Source: Alteromonas sp.
GTDB taxonomy: Bacteria > Margulisbacteria > Marinamargulisbacteria > UBA6595
Assembly (NCBI GenBank): GCA_964220215.1
Contig: CAXPTH010000023.1
Location: forward strand, 14,218 to 78,217
DNA length: 64,000 nucleotides
Reading direction: 5' to 3'
The position numbers were made by a program, and so were the translations under genes. Each line of letters begins with the position of its first letter. The stretch's first letter is position 1. The notes beneath the pieces were generated by a model. It saw only the letters and a list, made by a program, of their open reading frames with translations. It was not told the DNA's origin and searched no databases. Below are positions 1 to 9,661 of this stretch, one piece after another.

Positions 1-1182
1 TAGTGGAATGGCGTCTTCTCGAAGACAAATAACCGCACCATGACCGATGGGTTTACCCAGCCTTTCTAATACTGAAAAGTGCTTAGCCGCAGACATCGAC
101 GGCGTTGCCGTTTTTTTGAATTCTACAGGATAGAGGGCACCCCCGGTGTCTATTACAAGATCAATTTCTTTTTGATCCGCATCACGGTAGTAGTAAACAT
201 GGGCATCTAACCCATTATGCCAATAACTTTTCAGTATTTCTATAAACATGTAGGTCTCTAATATAGCCCCAGACATTGCCCCTTTTTCCAATGATTCCGG
301 GTCCACCCACCGCGTTAAATACGCACAAAGACCTGTATCTAAAAAGTAGACTTTCGGTGCTTTTACCAGACGTTTTGTTACATTGCTATAATACGGTCGG
401 AGCAAATAAACTAGCCCGGATGTTTCGAGGACTGAAAGCCAAGATTTTGACGTTTTCACATCAATACCAACGTCTCTGGCAATATCTGAATAATTTAAAA
501 GCTGACCGGTTCGTGCTGCAACGGCACTAATAAAATTATAAAACGCTGTGTTGTCCGAAACATTCAAACTATCTTTTACATCCCGATTAATATAGGTTTG
601 GATATAGGAGCTGTAAAACCGCCCGCTTGTTTTCTTATCGGCATACTGGATTGCTTTAGGATAAGAACCCCTCCATATTTGATTGTAGACATCCATGACG
701 GGCTTGGATCCTTTGAACCGGTTTTTTTCAATCCATTCTTTTGTTGGCATAAATGGCATTTGTTTTTGGGCATTGCCATTAATCTCTGATTGAGAAAATC
801 CAAGAAGATCAACAATTGCAACACGTCCAGCCAAACTTTCTGTAATGCCCTTCATGAGATGAAATTTCTGAGAACCGGTTAACCAGTACATACCCTCTTT
901 CTTATGCTTGTCTACCGCCATTTTTATATAACTAAACAGGTTGGGTGCATACTGAACTTCATCAATAATTAGTGGGGCTTTGTATGTTTGAATAAATAGC
1001 CCTGGGTCGTTTTGAGCCATTTGACGCGCATCCAGATCATCCAGTGTTACATAACCTCTATGATTTTCTTTGCACATCTCCAGCAAGGTTGTTTTTCCCA
1101 CTTGCCTTGGACCAGTAATCAGAAGCACAGGAAACGCTTTACTGATCTCTTCAACTGTTTTTTCTAAGGTTCTTTTATACAC
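1..1182 (-). CDS. ATP-binding protein, AAA_14/DUF4143 family (runs off the left edge of the window)
   Basis: Manually translated open frame from GTG at 1182 to position 1 with no stop. Motifs ITGPRQVGKTT (Walker A), IIDEVQY (Walker B), LTGSQ, ESLAGR, KVYFLDTGL, YYYRDADQKEIDLV. Absent from the ORF track because it is truncated. Confidence 0.88.
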   Translation of the reverse strand, partial: MYKRTLEKTVEEISKAFPVLLITGPRQVGKTTLLEMCKENHRGYVTLDDLDARQMAQNDPGLFIQTYKAPLIIDEVQYAPNLFSYIKMAVDKHKKEGMYWLTGSQKFHLMKGITESLAGRVAIVDLLGFSQSEINGNAQKQMPFMPTKEWIEKNRFKGSKPVMDVYNQIWRGSYPKAIQYADKKTSGRFYSSYIQTYINRDVKDSLNVSDNTAFYNFISAVAARTGQLLNYSDIARDVGIDVKTSKSWLSVLETSGLVYLLRPYYSNVTKRLVKAPKVYFLDTGLCAYLTRWVDPESLEKGAMSGAILETYMFIEILKSYWHNGLDAHVYYYRDADQKEIDLVIDTGGALYPVEFKKTATPSMSAAKHFSVLERLGKPIGHGAVICLREDAIPL

Positions 1183-1200
1183 ATGCAATCTCCGTTTATT

Positions 1201-1244
1201 TTGGAACTTGTTTCCAATATATACGACAATCGTCAATAAATCAA
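1201..1244 (-). promoter_or_regulatory. Putative sigma70 promoter with overlapping inverted repeat upstream of the AAA_14 gene
   Basis: Minus strand TTGATT(1244-1239)-17 nt-TATATT(1221-1216); inverted repeat TTGGAA-N5-TTCCAA at 1201-1217. Confidence 0.5.
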
Positions 1245-1285
1245 GCGTTTATTGCGTATGACTGGCATAATTTGTACCAACCGGG

Positions 1286-2086
1286 TTAAGCATTGGTTGG
1301 TGGTGATAGCACCGGACCATAGCTGGCCGTTATTGTACAGCTTGGGTCGGCGAGTTGGGATCGAAGCACATAAAACTGATTGCCAACATCAAAGTGCCAC
1401 CACTCATAGGGAAAATTGGTAAACCCAGCACGTGTCATCACTGAAAATAATAATCGGCGATTGTCCCGTATAGGTGAATCTTGTCCTTCAAAATAATTGG
1501 TATGCGCCCGGTCTCTAAAATCATCAAATTCCGTACCCATATCCAAAGGGTTCCCGTTGGCGTCTACTATCGTCACGTCCACCGACCCGCCAGTCAAATG
1601 CGGGGACGGGCAGTGCGGATCGTCCGACGGCAGTGACACAAAACGTTGAGTTTTAATGATTGCAAGACGGTCAAATTCAGCCTGATCTGCATCGGTACGG
1701 CGGTTCCCCAGATCAAACAACCGTTTCTCCTCCGGCGACGCCCACGCCGATGCATCCGCACACACTGTTGCCTTGTAGGCATCAAACAAGGCCTGTTGCA
1801 CCGAAATGGGGCGCCACCCATCCCACACCTGCAACCTATAGCCTGGATGCGTCTCTTGCAAATACTGTTGAGCCAACAGAAGCTTGTCTAGGACCGTCTC
1901 TCGAACATAGATCTCCGGCAACGCGCCGTGAATGCCCTGAGCATAGTACGCCGAGGCCACCACCAACCCACTATCCCCAATGGAAACCAGGGGTTCACCC
2001 GTGTCTTGAATCGGTATTGTTTTCCAGGCCAACGACCATCGCTCGGGTGGGCAATCGATGCCGAAATGGCCGGGCGCCTGACTCAT
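1286..2086 (-). CDS. ddpX: D-alanyl-D-alanine dipeptidase (peptidase M15D, VanX/DdpX family)
   Basis: Motifs VWDGWRP, SPHLTGGSVD (SxHxxGxxxD), MGTEFDDF, EWWHF. Start moved to ATG 2086, which overlaps the murF TGA (ATGA). Confidence 0.85.
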   Translation of the reverse strand: MSQAPGHFGIDCPPERWSLAWKTIPIQDTGEPLVSIGDSGLVVASAYYAQGIHGALPEIYVRETVLDKLLLAQQYLQETHPGYRLQVWDGWRPISVQQALFDAYKATVCADASAWASPEEKRLFDLGNRRTDADQAEFDRLAIIKTQRFVSLPSDDPHCPSPHLTGGSVDVTIVDANGNPLDMGTEFDDFRDRAHTNYFEGQDSPIRDNRRLLFSVMTRAGFTNFPYEWWHFDVGNQFYVLRSQLADPSCTITASYGPVLSPPTNA

Positions 2087-3384
2087 GTAAACGCCGTTTC
2101 CAAACGCATCCCGCGGGAGCCTTTCACCAAAATACATGCATCGTGTATGGGGTGCTGGTTTAAAAATACAGACAGGGCATCGGCATCATCAAAATGCAAG
2201 CAATCCAAACCGGCTTTGACCGATTTAAAGCCATGCCCCACTAAAATAATCTGATCAAATGTCTGGGTTTTTAATTGGGTAACAATCGCCAAATGCTCAG
2301 ACTCAGACACCGCCCCCAGCTCAAACATATCGCCTAAAATTACCCATTTGACTGTAGCTGGATACGCCGAAAAATACTGCAGCATGGCGGCCATACTACT
2401 GGGGTTGGCGTTATAGGCATCCAGAATCACGCTATTGGATCCCCATTCAATGACTTGGGATCGATTGTTATCCGGCACATAGGCTTCAATCGCCGCTTGT
2501 ATCTTGGGTAGAGGCACCCCCGCATGCACCCCCACACACGCCGCGGCCGCAATGTTATCGGCCTGAAATTGCCCCAGCAATGCGGAGCGAATCGTCACAT
2601 GCTCGTGCGTATGGGTGTCAACGATCGATACCGACACTCGGGGATACGTGGCTGTAACCCGTGCAACGACCCGACCATGCGGTGTCTGATTCGTCTGGGC
2701 ATAGCCAATGTGGGGCAGCCCGTTCAACTGTTCCATGAGTATGGCGTCATCACCATTGACAATCGCAGTGCCTGAATGGATACGCAAATAATCATACACC
2801 TCGCAATTGGCCGCAATCACCCCCGCTATGGACCCATACCCTTCTAAATGATCTTTGCCACAATTGGTAATTAAGCCATAATCCGGTTGCGCAATATCAC
2901 ACAGAACCGCATGCTCACCCGGGTGATTGGCACCCAATTCAATCACCGCATACCGGCACGATTTCGGAATCGCCAAGATACTCAACGGCACCCCAATATG
3001 ATTGTTTAAGTTTCCCGTTGTGGCGTGCGTCGGATAGTGAGCCCCCAAAACCGCCGCCAGGAGATTTTTGGTGGTGGTTTTCCCATTGGACCCCGCAACG
3101 ACGACAACCGTTGTCTCGGTCAATGTTTGTCTATACAATCGGGCCAAGTCTTGCAACGCAGCCTCTGCATTGTCTACCAATAAACAGCGGTCATCGTGTT
3201 GATACGCTGGATCGTCAATCACCGCATAGGCAGCCCCATGGTTCAGGGCATCGGATACATAAGCATGCCCATCGGCCGTTTCCCCACGCAACGCAAAAAA
3301 AATACCCCCCGGTTGAACCAAATTCGAATGAATCGCCACCCCTGGATGGTGCGCCATTACCGCCATTAACACTGTCATGGTCAT
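2083..3384 (-). CDS. murF: UDP-N-acetylmuramoyl-tripeptide--D-Ala-D-Ala ligase
   Basis: AGSNGKTTTK, GNLNNHIGVP, ELGANHPGE, DAYNANPSSM, ILGDMFELG, LVKGSRGMRLE. Start ATG 3384 (or 3378) fits the upstream promoter. Confidence 0.95.
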   Translation of the reverse strand: MTMTVLMAVMAHHPGVAIHSNLVQPGGIFFALRGETADGHAYVSDALNHGAAYAVIDDPAYQHDDRCLLVDNAEAALQDLARLYRQTLTETTVVVVAGSNGKTTTKNLLAAVLGAHYPTHATTGNLNNHIGVPLSILAIPKSCRYAVIELGANHPGEHAVLCDIAQPDYGLITNCGKDHLEGYGSIAGVIAANCEVYDYLRIHSGTAIVNGDDAILMEQLNGLPHIGYAQTNQTPHGRVVARVTATYPRVSVSIVDTHTHEHVTIRSALLGQFQADNIAAAACVGVHAGVPLPKIQAAIEAYVPDNNRSQVIEWGSNSVILDAYNANPSSMAAMLQYFSAYPATVKWVILGDMFELGAVSESEHLAIVTQLKTQTFDQIILVGHGFKSVKAGLDCLHFDDADALSVFLNQHPIHDACILVKGSRGMRLETAFT

Positions 3385-3394
3385 ATAAATGTTG

Positions 3395-3436
3395 AGTGTA
3401 GACAACTTTGCAACTACGGTCAAACTGAGATAGACT
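3395..3436. promoter_or_regulatory. Overlapping divergent sigma70 promoters for murF and gpmI
   Basis: Plus strand TTGCAA(3408)-17-TAGACT(3431-3436); minus strand TTGACC-17-TACACT ending 10 nt before the murF ATG. Confidence 0.6.
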
Positions 3437-3444
3437 AAATAGGT

Positions 3445-5052
3445 ATGAACCGTATACTACATCCATCGGGAAATCATCGGCCCGTTTTGTTAATTATCAT
3501 GGATGGGGTTGCCATCGGTAACCAAGACGAATTTGATGCCGTTTACCAGGCTAAGACGCCGCATTTGGATGCCCTGTACCAATCCGAGTTGTTTTGTACA
3601 TTAAAGGCCCACGGAACGGCTGTTGGTATGCCCAGTGATTCAGACATTGGCAACAGCGAGGTGGGGCACAACACGTTGGGTGCCGGACGGGTGATCCCCC
3701 AAGGAGCAAGCTTGGTTAAAACAGCCATTGACACCCAGTCGTTATTTCGCAGCGATAGTTGGACAACCGCCATCCAAACCGTGAAAAACAATACGAGCAC
3801 CTTGCATTTAATCGGGTTGTTATCCGATGGCAATGTTCATGCCCATTTGGACCATACGATTGCCCTGATTCAAGCCGCAGCGGACGCGGGGGTTTCGCGG
3901 TGTCGGCTGCATAGTTTACTGGATGGACGCGACGTTGCGCCCCAATCGGCTTTAGGTTATCTGGATCGCTTGGATGCGGTGTTGGCGCCCATTAATACCC
4001 AGTACGACTACCGCATTGCTTCAGGTGGTGGGCGTATGCGCATAACGATGGATCGCTACAATGCCGATTGGGCCATGGTTCAGCGCGGTTGGAATACCCA
4101 TGTGTTGGGACTAGCCCCTCACGTATCGAGTGCCCGGGATGCCATTGAAGCCGCCTATGTTCAAAATCCGAACATCACGGACCAAGACATTGAGCCGTTT
4201 GTTGTTGCTGATGCCCACGGCCCCATTGGATGCATCCACGATGGGGATGCGGTCTTGTTGACCAATTTTCGGGGGGACCGTGCCATTGAGTTGTCTCAGT
4301 GTTTTGACTCAGACGCCACATTTGATCGGTTTGACCGCCAACGAGTCCCCGATGTGTTTTTTGCTGGTATGATGCAATACGATGGGGACTTGGCCATTCC
4401 CCAGCATTTTTTAGTGCCGCCGCCCCAAATTGAAGACCCCTTGAGCCACTATTTGTGCGGGACTGGGATTCGATCCTTTGCCATTTCTGAAACTCAAAAA
4501 TATGGCCATGTTACCTATTTTTGGAATGGAAACAATTCGGGGTATGTGGACCCAGCCTGCGAACGCTATATTGAAATTTTGGGTGATCCCCGCCCGTTTG
4601 AAGAACAGCCGGCCATGCAATCTGTGGCCATTACCGATGCAGCTATTGACTGCATTCGTTCGGGTGATTACACCTTTGGGCGGATTAATTTTCCCAATGG
4701 GGATATGATTGGACATACCGGCAATTTAGCCGCCGCTATTGCCTCGGTTGAGGCGGTGGATGCGTGTGTCAATCGCTTGGTCGACGCCATGCGTGCACTG
4801 GGGGGTATTACTGTAATTTTAGCGGATCATGGCAATGCCGATGCCATGGGCCAGCGCGACGCAACGGGTCGGGTCACGCCCATAACCGCCCATACCTGCA
4901 ATCCGGTACCCTGCTGCATTGTGGATGCTCCTGAGTTTGCGTGGGTTCCCGTTGAGCAGCCGGGTCTCAGCCACATTGCCAGTACGCTGTGTGTCTTGAT
5001 GGGCTATGAAGCCCCTGCCGGATTTAATCCAGCCTTGGTGACGCGCCGATGA
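3445..5052 (+). CDS. gpmI: 2,3-bisphosphoglycerate-independent phosphoglycerate mutase
   Basis: IIMDG, GNSEVGHN, LSDGNVH, LDGRD, NFRGDR, PNGDMIGHTG, ADHGNAD, TAHT. Confidence 0.97.
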   Translation: MNRILHPSGNHRPVLLIIMDGVAIGNQDEFDAVYQAKTPHLDALYQSELFCTLKAHGTAVGMPSDSDIGNSEVGHNTLGAGRVIPQGASLVKTAIDTQSLFRSDSWTTAIQTVKNNTSTLHLIGLLSDGNVHAHLDHTIALIQAAADAGVSRCRLHSLLDGRDVAPQSALGYLDRLDAVLAPINTQYDYRIASGGGRMRITMDRYNADWAMVQRGWNTHVLGLAPHVSSARDAIEAAYVQNPNITDQDIEPFVVADAHGPIGCIHDGDAVLLTNFRGDRAIELSQCFDSDATFDRFDRQRVPDVFFAGMMQYDGDLAIPQHFLVPPPQIEDPLSHYLCGTGIRSFAISETQKYGHVTYFWNGNNSGYVDPACERYIEILGDPRPFEEQPAMQSVAITDAAIDCIRSGDYTFGRINFPNGDMIGHTGNLAAAIASVEAVDACVNRLVDAMRALGGITVILADHGNADAMGQRDATGRVTPITAHTCNPVPCCIVDAPEFAWVPVEQPGLSHIASTLCVLMGYEAPAGFNPALVTRR

Positions 5053-6254
5053 TTGACTTAGACACACAACTCGCACGGCTCACCGACAATGTGGCTGAAA
5101 TCGTTCCCTTGGATGCCTTTAAAGCCAAGCTGGCCCAATCGATTGAAACCCAAACCCCGTTGCGGGTTAAATTTGGGGCGGATCCCTCTCGACCGGATCT
5201 GCATTTGGGCCATACGGTTGTCTTGCGCAAGTTGCGACAATTTCAAGACTGTGGGCATCACGTTGATTTTATTATTGGGGATTTTACTGCCAGCATTGGC
5301 GACCCAACCGGTCGCAATAAAACCCGGCCACCCTTAACGGCTGAAGCCATTGCGGAGTATTCCAAAACCTATCAGGATCAAGTCTTTCGGATTTTGGACC
5401 CAGCCAAAACCACGGTTCATTACAATAGCCACTGGTTGGGGGCCTTGTCTCAAACGGATTTAATTCGTTGGCTATCCACGGTAACTGTTCAGCAATTGTT
5501 GGCACGCGATGATTTTACCAAACGGTATCACAGCCAAGTCCCTATTCACTTGCACGAATGCTTATACCCGGTCTTGCAGGCCTATGATTCGGTCCATGTG
5601 CGCGCCGATATTGAATGTGGGGGTACCGACCAAAAGTTTAACTTATTGCTGGCCCGTGATTTTCAAAAAACGGCCGATCAACCCCAGCAGGCCGTCTTGA
5701 TGATGCCCATTTTAGAAGGCTTAGACGGGGAAAAGAAAATGTCCAAAAGTTTGGGGAATGCCATTGGCATTACCGATAGTCCAGCCGATATGTTTGGTAA
5801 AGTGATGAGCATTGCCGACCCCCTGATGTTTCGCTACTATGCCTTGCTAACGGATTGGGATTCGCCCCGCATTGAGGCCTTGCGCCAAGCGATTGAAGCC
5901 GAGACTGTTCATCCCATGACCGCTAAAAAGCAATTGGCCCATTGCATTGTATCTGAGCGTTACGACGCCGATGCAGCCGATGCGGCACACGCGCAATTTG
6001 AACGGCAGTTTTCAAACAATGAATACCCCGATTCAATGCCCGACCATCCCCATGCATCCGCCACCGTGCACTGGCCCAGCGTATTGGTAGAGGCCGCTAT
6101 GGCCCCGTCTAAAAAAGAAGCCCGGCGACTGCTTGATCAAGGTGCTATTAAGCTCAATCGTGTGGTGCAAACGGAGGCTGAAATTGTATGGGATCAACAA
6201 ACCAGCGTGGTCCAGGTGGGGAAGCGAAAATTTTTTCGTTTAATCGCTGAGTAG
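5049..6254 (+). CDS. tyrS: Tyrosine--tRNA ligase
   Basis: GADPSRPDLHLGH, GDFTASIGDPTG, YPVLQAYDS, GGTDQKFN, KMSKS, C-terminal S4 domain. Confidence 0.97.
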   Translation: MIDLDTQLARLTDNVAEIVPLDAFKAKLAQSIETQTPLRVKFGADPSRPDLHLGHTVVLRKLRQFQDCGHHVDFIIGDFTASIGDPTGRNKTRPPLTAEAIAEYSKTYQDQVFRILDPAKTTVHYNSHWLGALSQTDLIRWLSTVTVQQLLARDDFTKRYHSQVPIHLHECLYPVLQAYDSVHVRADIECGGTDQKFNLLLARDFQKTADQPQQAVLMMPILEGLDGEKKMSKSLGNAIGITDSPADMFGKVMSIADPLMFRYYALLTDWDSPRIEALRQAIEAETVHPMTAKKQLAHCIVSERYDADAADAAHAQFERQFSNNEYPDSMPDHPHASATVHWPSVLVEAAMAPSKKEARRLLDQGAIKLNRVVQTEAEIVWDQQTSVVQVGKRKFFRLIAE

Positions 6255-7307
6255 CATCAGTGTCACTTCCCCCTGCTTAAATAAGCGCATGGGTGGCCCC
6301 CAGGTACTGGTCCCACGCGATACATACAATCGAGCCTGTCCCAATCGACGCCAACCCGCCGTAATGTGGTAGCGCAACCAGACTAGCGCGCCCCAAGGGG
6401 GCAATTGACCCGCATGGGTGTGGCCGGACAGTTGAAGCACCTGAGGGCAGTGTTGTGCATGCTGCGCAAACGCTTCCGGGCGGTGATCCAACACCAACAC
6501 AGCGGATAGGTGATCGGGAATCAGGGTGGAAAGCCCCACACGGTTAACCCCCCAGGCTTGGCCGGCTGGATCGGGCAGCCCCACAATGCACAAGTCGCCA
6601 ACCGATCGGCAGCGGTTGTCCAGCACCTCAAATCCCAGGTCTTGCATGCACGAGCAAAAGTCGGCATATCCGGTATAAAAATCATGGTTGCCCGATACGG
6701 CGAGTTTCACTGGTGCTTGAATGGCCTGCAAGGCGGTGCATGGGTCGTGGATCCAGCGTTGGGGAATATCCGAAAAGTCACCCGTAAACACGACAATATC
6801 CGGGTTGGCCCGATTCACAGTATCCACCAACTGTTGAACCCAAGCCACTGATTTTAAGCCATTAAAATGAATATCCGTAAGCTGAACCACGCGAATGGGC
6901 GCATGCCCCGCAGGCAAGTAGCCGGCTACCCGGTGTGTAACCAAAGATGCCGCCGTTTTATTAAGCAGCAAGCTCCCCCCAATGAGTCCCACACTAGCCA
7001 TGGCGACCCCCCACTGCACCACCCACACGGGCACACCCACGGCCTGGGCGACTGTGGCCATACTAGCGACTGCCACTAAAATGGACAAGCTGCCGAGACC
7101 AACCCCGCTGAGCCATTTGAGTCCAACGTGCCATGGGGTTGGCCGAAACCAGCGGAACAGACCCAGATACACCCAAATACTCGCCATAAGCGCCCCGGCA
7201 ACGGCGATGCTCACGCCCAGTGGCCAGGCATAAATGCGTGCCAATACTGCCGTGACTGCAACACTGGCGAGCTGTGGTAATGCGATGAATAGGACACGCA
7301 CTAGCAT
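6240..7307 (-). CDS. Membrane-anchored metallophosphoesterase (YkuE/YaeI-like)
   Basis: N-terminal hydrophobic helices; LTDIH, TGDF, SGNHDFY, LSGHTHAGQ, YVSRGTSTWGPPMR. Confidence 0.88.
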   Translation of the reverse strand: MLVRVLFIALPQLASVAVTAVLARIYAWPLGVSIAVAGALMASIWVYLGLFRWFRPTPWHVGLKWLSGVGLGSLSILVAVASMATVAQAVGVPVWVVQWGVAMASVGLIGGSLLLNKTAASLVTHRVAGYLPAGHAPIRVVQLTDIHFNGLKSVAWVQQLVDTVNRANPDIVVFTGDFSDIPQRWIHDPCTALQAIQAPVKLAVSGNHDFYTGYADFCSCMQDLGFEVLDNRCRSVGDLCIVGLPDPAGQAWGVNRVGLSTLIPDHLSAVLVLDHRPEAFAQHAQHCPQVLQLSGHTHAGQLPPWGALVWLRYHITAGWRRLGQARLYVSRGTSTWGPPMRLFKQGEVTLMLLSD

Positions 7308-7317
7308 GGGTGTTTAA

Positions 7318-7824
7318 TTACGCTGGCTCGGTGATAAACGCATCGGCAATATCTTGAATCGCCGATTCATTGAGTGGCTTATGCGCATTGACAACCACCT
7401 GACGACCCACCACGGTCAAACCAATATAGCCCAACTGCATCCGCAAGGCCATCAATGCGTGAAGCCCACCCCCACCACTGGCACTGCCCATCGCGGCCAT
7501 CTTGCCATTAAACACCGTTCGCCAATCCGCCGCATCGCTCCGACTAATCCACGCAATCGCATTGGTCAACGCCGGGGCAATGCCCCCATTGTATTCGGGC
7601 GTTATGAACACAAAGCGCTTGGCCTGCATGCATTGCGCGCATAGCTGATTCACAGCCTCGGGCGTTTCCTGCTCCTCTGTCACGGGGGTATATAAGGGCA
7701 AATTGAGCCCAACCAAATCTACAAGGCTCGGGTTTAACCCCTTGGCTTCAAACACCCGCTGAAACGCCTGGGCCAATTCCAAATTTTTATGATTGCTGCC
7801 GGCTAAAATTAATGTATCTGACAT
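7318..7824 (-). CDS. NADPH-dependent FMN reductase
   Basis: LPLY, TPEYNGG, NAIAWISR, SGGGG. ATG 7824 is preceded by a GGAGG RBS. Confidence 0.88.
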   Translation of the reverse strand: MSDTLILAGSNHKNLELAQAFQRVFEAKGLNPSLVDLVGLNLPLYTPVTEEQETPEAVNQLCAQCMQAKRFVFITPEYNGGIAPALTNAIAWISRSDAADWRTVFNGKMAAMGSASGGGGLHALMALRMQLGYIGLTVVGRQVVVNAHKPLNESAIQDIADAFITEPA

Positions 7825-7925
7825 ATAAACACCTCCTACGTTTCTATTATACCGTGATGGCATTGGCTCGCGCACTGTTGGTTAAGATTCGATGCAAGCG
7901 TGGATGATACAGCTGGCCTAATTGA

Positions 7926-7954
7926 TTGCGTTATCTGACGGGATATACCATAAT
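7926..7954 (+). promoter_or_regulatory. Putative sigma70 promoter at the left end of the islet
   Basis: TTGCGT(7926-7931)-17-CATAAT(7949-7954). Confidence 0.5.
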
Positions 7955-8035
7955 ATTTCATATACTATGAATCAAAAAAAACCATGGCTGAGCATTAGAA
8001 AAACGGTTGGAATTCTAGATGAATAGCACACCAAA

Positions 8036-8884
8036 ATGATCAAAGGAAAAACAATCACCACATACTTAATTGATGAGACCCCAAATGGCATCCGTACGTG
8101 TTTTATATCCAATAAAATTTGCAAAGCCATTGTTGTTCCACGCGCAAAGTTACTGGATGCAAAAAAACGCATCGAGCTTCAACAACCGGCGTTGTATATT
8201 CTACTTAGTGATTCTGATGACAAGATTTATATTGGTGAAACAGAAGATTTTTTGAGCCGCATTCGAGACCACGAATCTAAAAAGTCGTTTTGGGAACAGG
8301 CCATTATTTTTGTTTCAAAAGATAATGATTTAACGAAATCGGATGTTAAGTATTTAGAGTATTTAGCGATTAAGCAAGCACAGGCAACGGCACGCTACAA
8401 CATTGAAGAAAATAAAACGTCGCCGAAGCCGACAAATTTACCGGAACATCAACTCGCCTTTATTGAGGAATTTTTTGAGGATGTGTGCACGTTGGCGACA
8501 TTTTTAGGGGTGCCTGTTTTTGAGAAAGTAATGCGAAAAAAACAAGAGTTGTTTTATTGTAGAACTAAAAACACAGATGCTAACGGATTTTATACTGAAA
8601 ATGGATTTACGGTGTTGAAAGGCTCAAAAATACAAAAGGCTTCCACACCTTCGTATACCAATAAAGAAGCGCGATTTGAAAAGCTTTCTACTGTATCAAC
8701 GGTTATTAATGAAAATCAATTGGAGCTAATTAAAGACCTTACCTTTAAAAGTCCGAGTGCAGCAAGTTCGTTTTGTAGCGGTAGGTCATCGAATGGGTGG
8801 CTCGATTGGGTGAATGACAATGGGCAAACGTTGAATGAGGTGTATCGGAATACCGAAAATAAAGTGTCAGAGATTCTGAAATGA
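8036..8884 (+). CDS. GIY-YIG nuclease family protein with C-terminal DUF4357 domain
   Basis: ALYIL...IYIGETE...RIRDH...KSFW, LTKSDVKYLE; C-terminal FTVLKGS...FKSPSAASSFCSGRSSNGWLDW. Confidence 0.85.
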   Translation: MIKGKTITTYLIDETPNGIRTCFISNKICKAIVVPRAKLLDAKKRIELQQPALYILLSDSDDKIYIGETEDFLSRIRDHESKKSFWEQAIIFVSKDNDLTKSDVKYLEYLAIKQAQATARYNIEENKTSPKPTNLPEHQLAFIEEFFEDVCTLATFLGVPVFEKVMRKKQELFYCRTKNTDANGFYTENGFTVLKGSKIQKASTPSYTNKEARFEKLSTVSTVINENQLELIKDLTFKSPSAASSFCSGRSSNGWLDWVNDNGQTLNEVYRNTENKVSEILK

Positions 8885-9146
8885 CCGTGCCATCAAAAAC
8901 CTTATCCCAAGACATTAAAATCCTACTTCAAAACGCTCAAAATCACGTTGTCCGTACTGTTATACAACGATGGTGAATAGGTACTATGAAATCGGGCAAT
9001 TAATTGTTGAACATCAACAAAAAGGACAAGAAAAGGCTAAATATGGAAATTTCGAGACACTGGCTCGGAAATTCAACTTAAGCTGGTCCCACTATGTCTT
9101 TTTAATGCGGTTGCCAGATTATGATTGGCACCTAGACAAACTGTAA
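8881..9146 (+). pseudogene. DUF1016/YhcG-family (PDDEXK nuclease) N-terminal remnant
   Basis: ATG overlaps the GIY-YIG stop. MTVPSKTLSQDIKILLQNAQNHVVRTV, then a frameshift near 8962 into TTMVNRYYEIGQLIVEHQQKGQEKAKYG-NFETLARKFNLSWSHYVFLMRL, stop at 9144-9146. LSWSHY and A.YG are family hallmarks; the middle part and the nuclease domain are missing. Confidence 0.8.
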
Positions 9147-9559
9147 AGCATCGCTAATAAACGACTCAACGATCAGATATGCCACAATATCACCAAGTTC
9201 GAATGACTTTATGTTTGAAAACAGTAGTAATATTAAGACCGTGCAGGAGCAACATGCGTCCGCAAATTTGCCCAACAGAATAACGAGACAATTTTTTCTT
9301 ACCCCCCTCATCATCTAACCCCTCAATGAATGCATAGTTTCGATACTAGATGGGTTAAAACTTTATAAGACAACAACTACATGGAACTACCAAGCCATTA
9401 CTTATACTATATGACTTAACTAAGCATGACGCAAACTAAAAAGAAACCTAAAATACAATAGTTTCTGAAAATTTTTACTTCTTCGAGCAATCAGAAGTCG
9501 ATGTTGGAATCAGCTTGAATTATATACTTTTTTATTGATTAAAGATATAATATTTCACG

Positions 9560-9661
9560 ATGTTTATTAAAAAAAAAATATTAATGTTAAATACGCTAAA
9601 ACATTTAACAATGAAAAATATGCCTAAGGCCTTAGGAATTAGCCAAAAAATCTTAAGCTAA
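9560..9661 (+). pseudogene. Degenerate XRE/Cro-type HTH fragment abutting the methylase start
   Basis: 33-aa ORF MFIKKKILMLNTLKHLTMKNMPKALGISQKILS*, followed in frame by TGG (Trp); resembles LTQxELAxALGISQxxLSxWE. The TAA overlaps the methylase ATG. Confidence 0.55.

Noticed and set aside
1164..1184. Possible frameshift at the AAA_14 gene start (ATG at 1184 reads MCIKEP*)
   Set aside because: An in-frame GTG at 1182 is well spaced from the GGAG RBS and opens an uninterrupted frame, so there is no need to call a pseudogene.
7967..8026. 19-aa ORF MNQKKPWLSIRKTVGILDE after the islet promoter
   Set aside because: Too short with no recognisable motif; could be a relic but cannot be supported.
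9147..9545. AT-rich gap and the 60-aa minus-strand ORF 9132-9314
   Set aside because: No recognisable family in the frames I read; probably decayed DNA.
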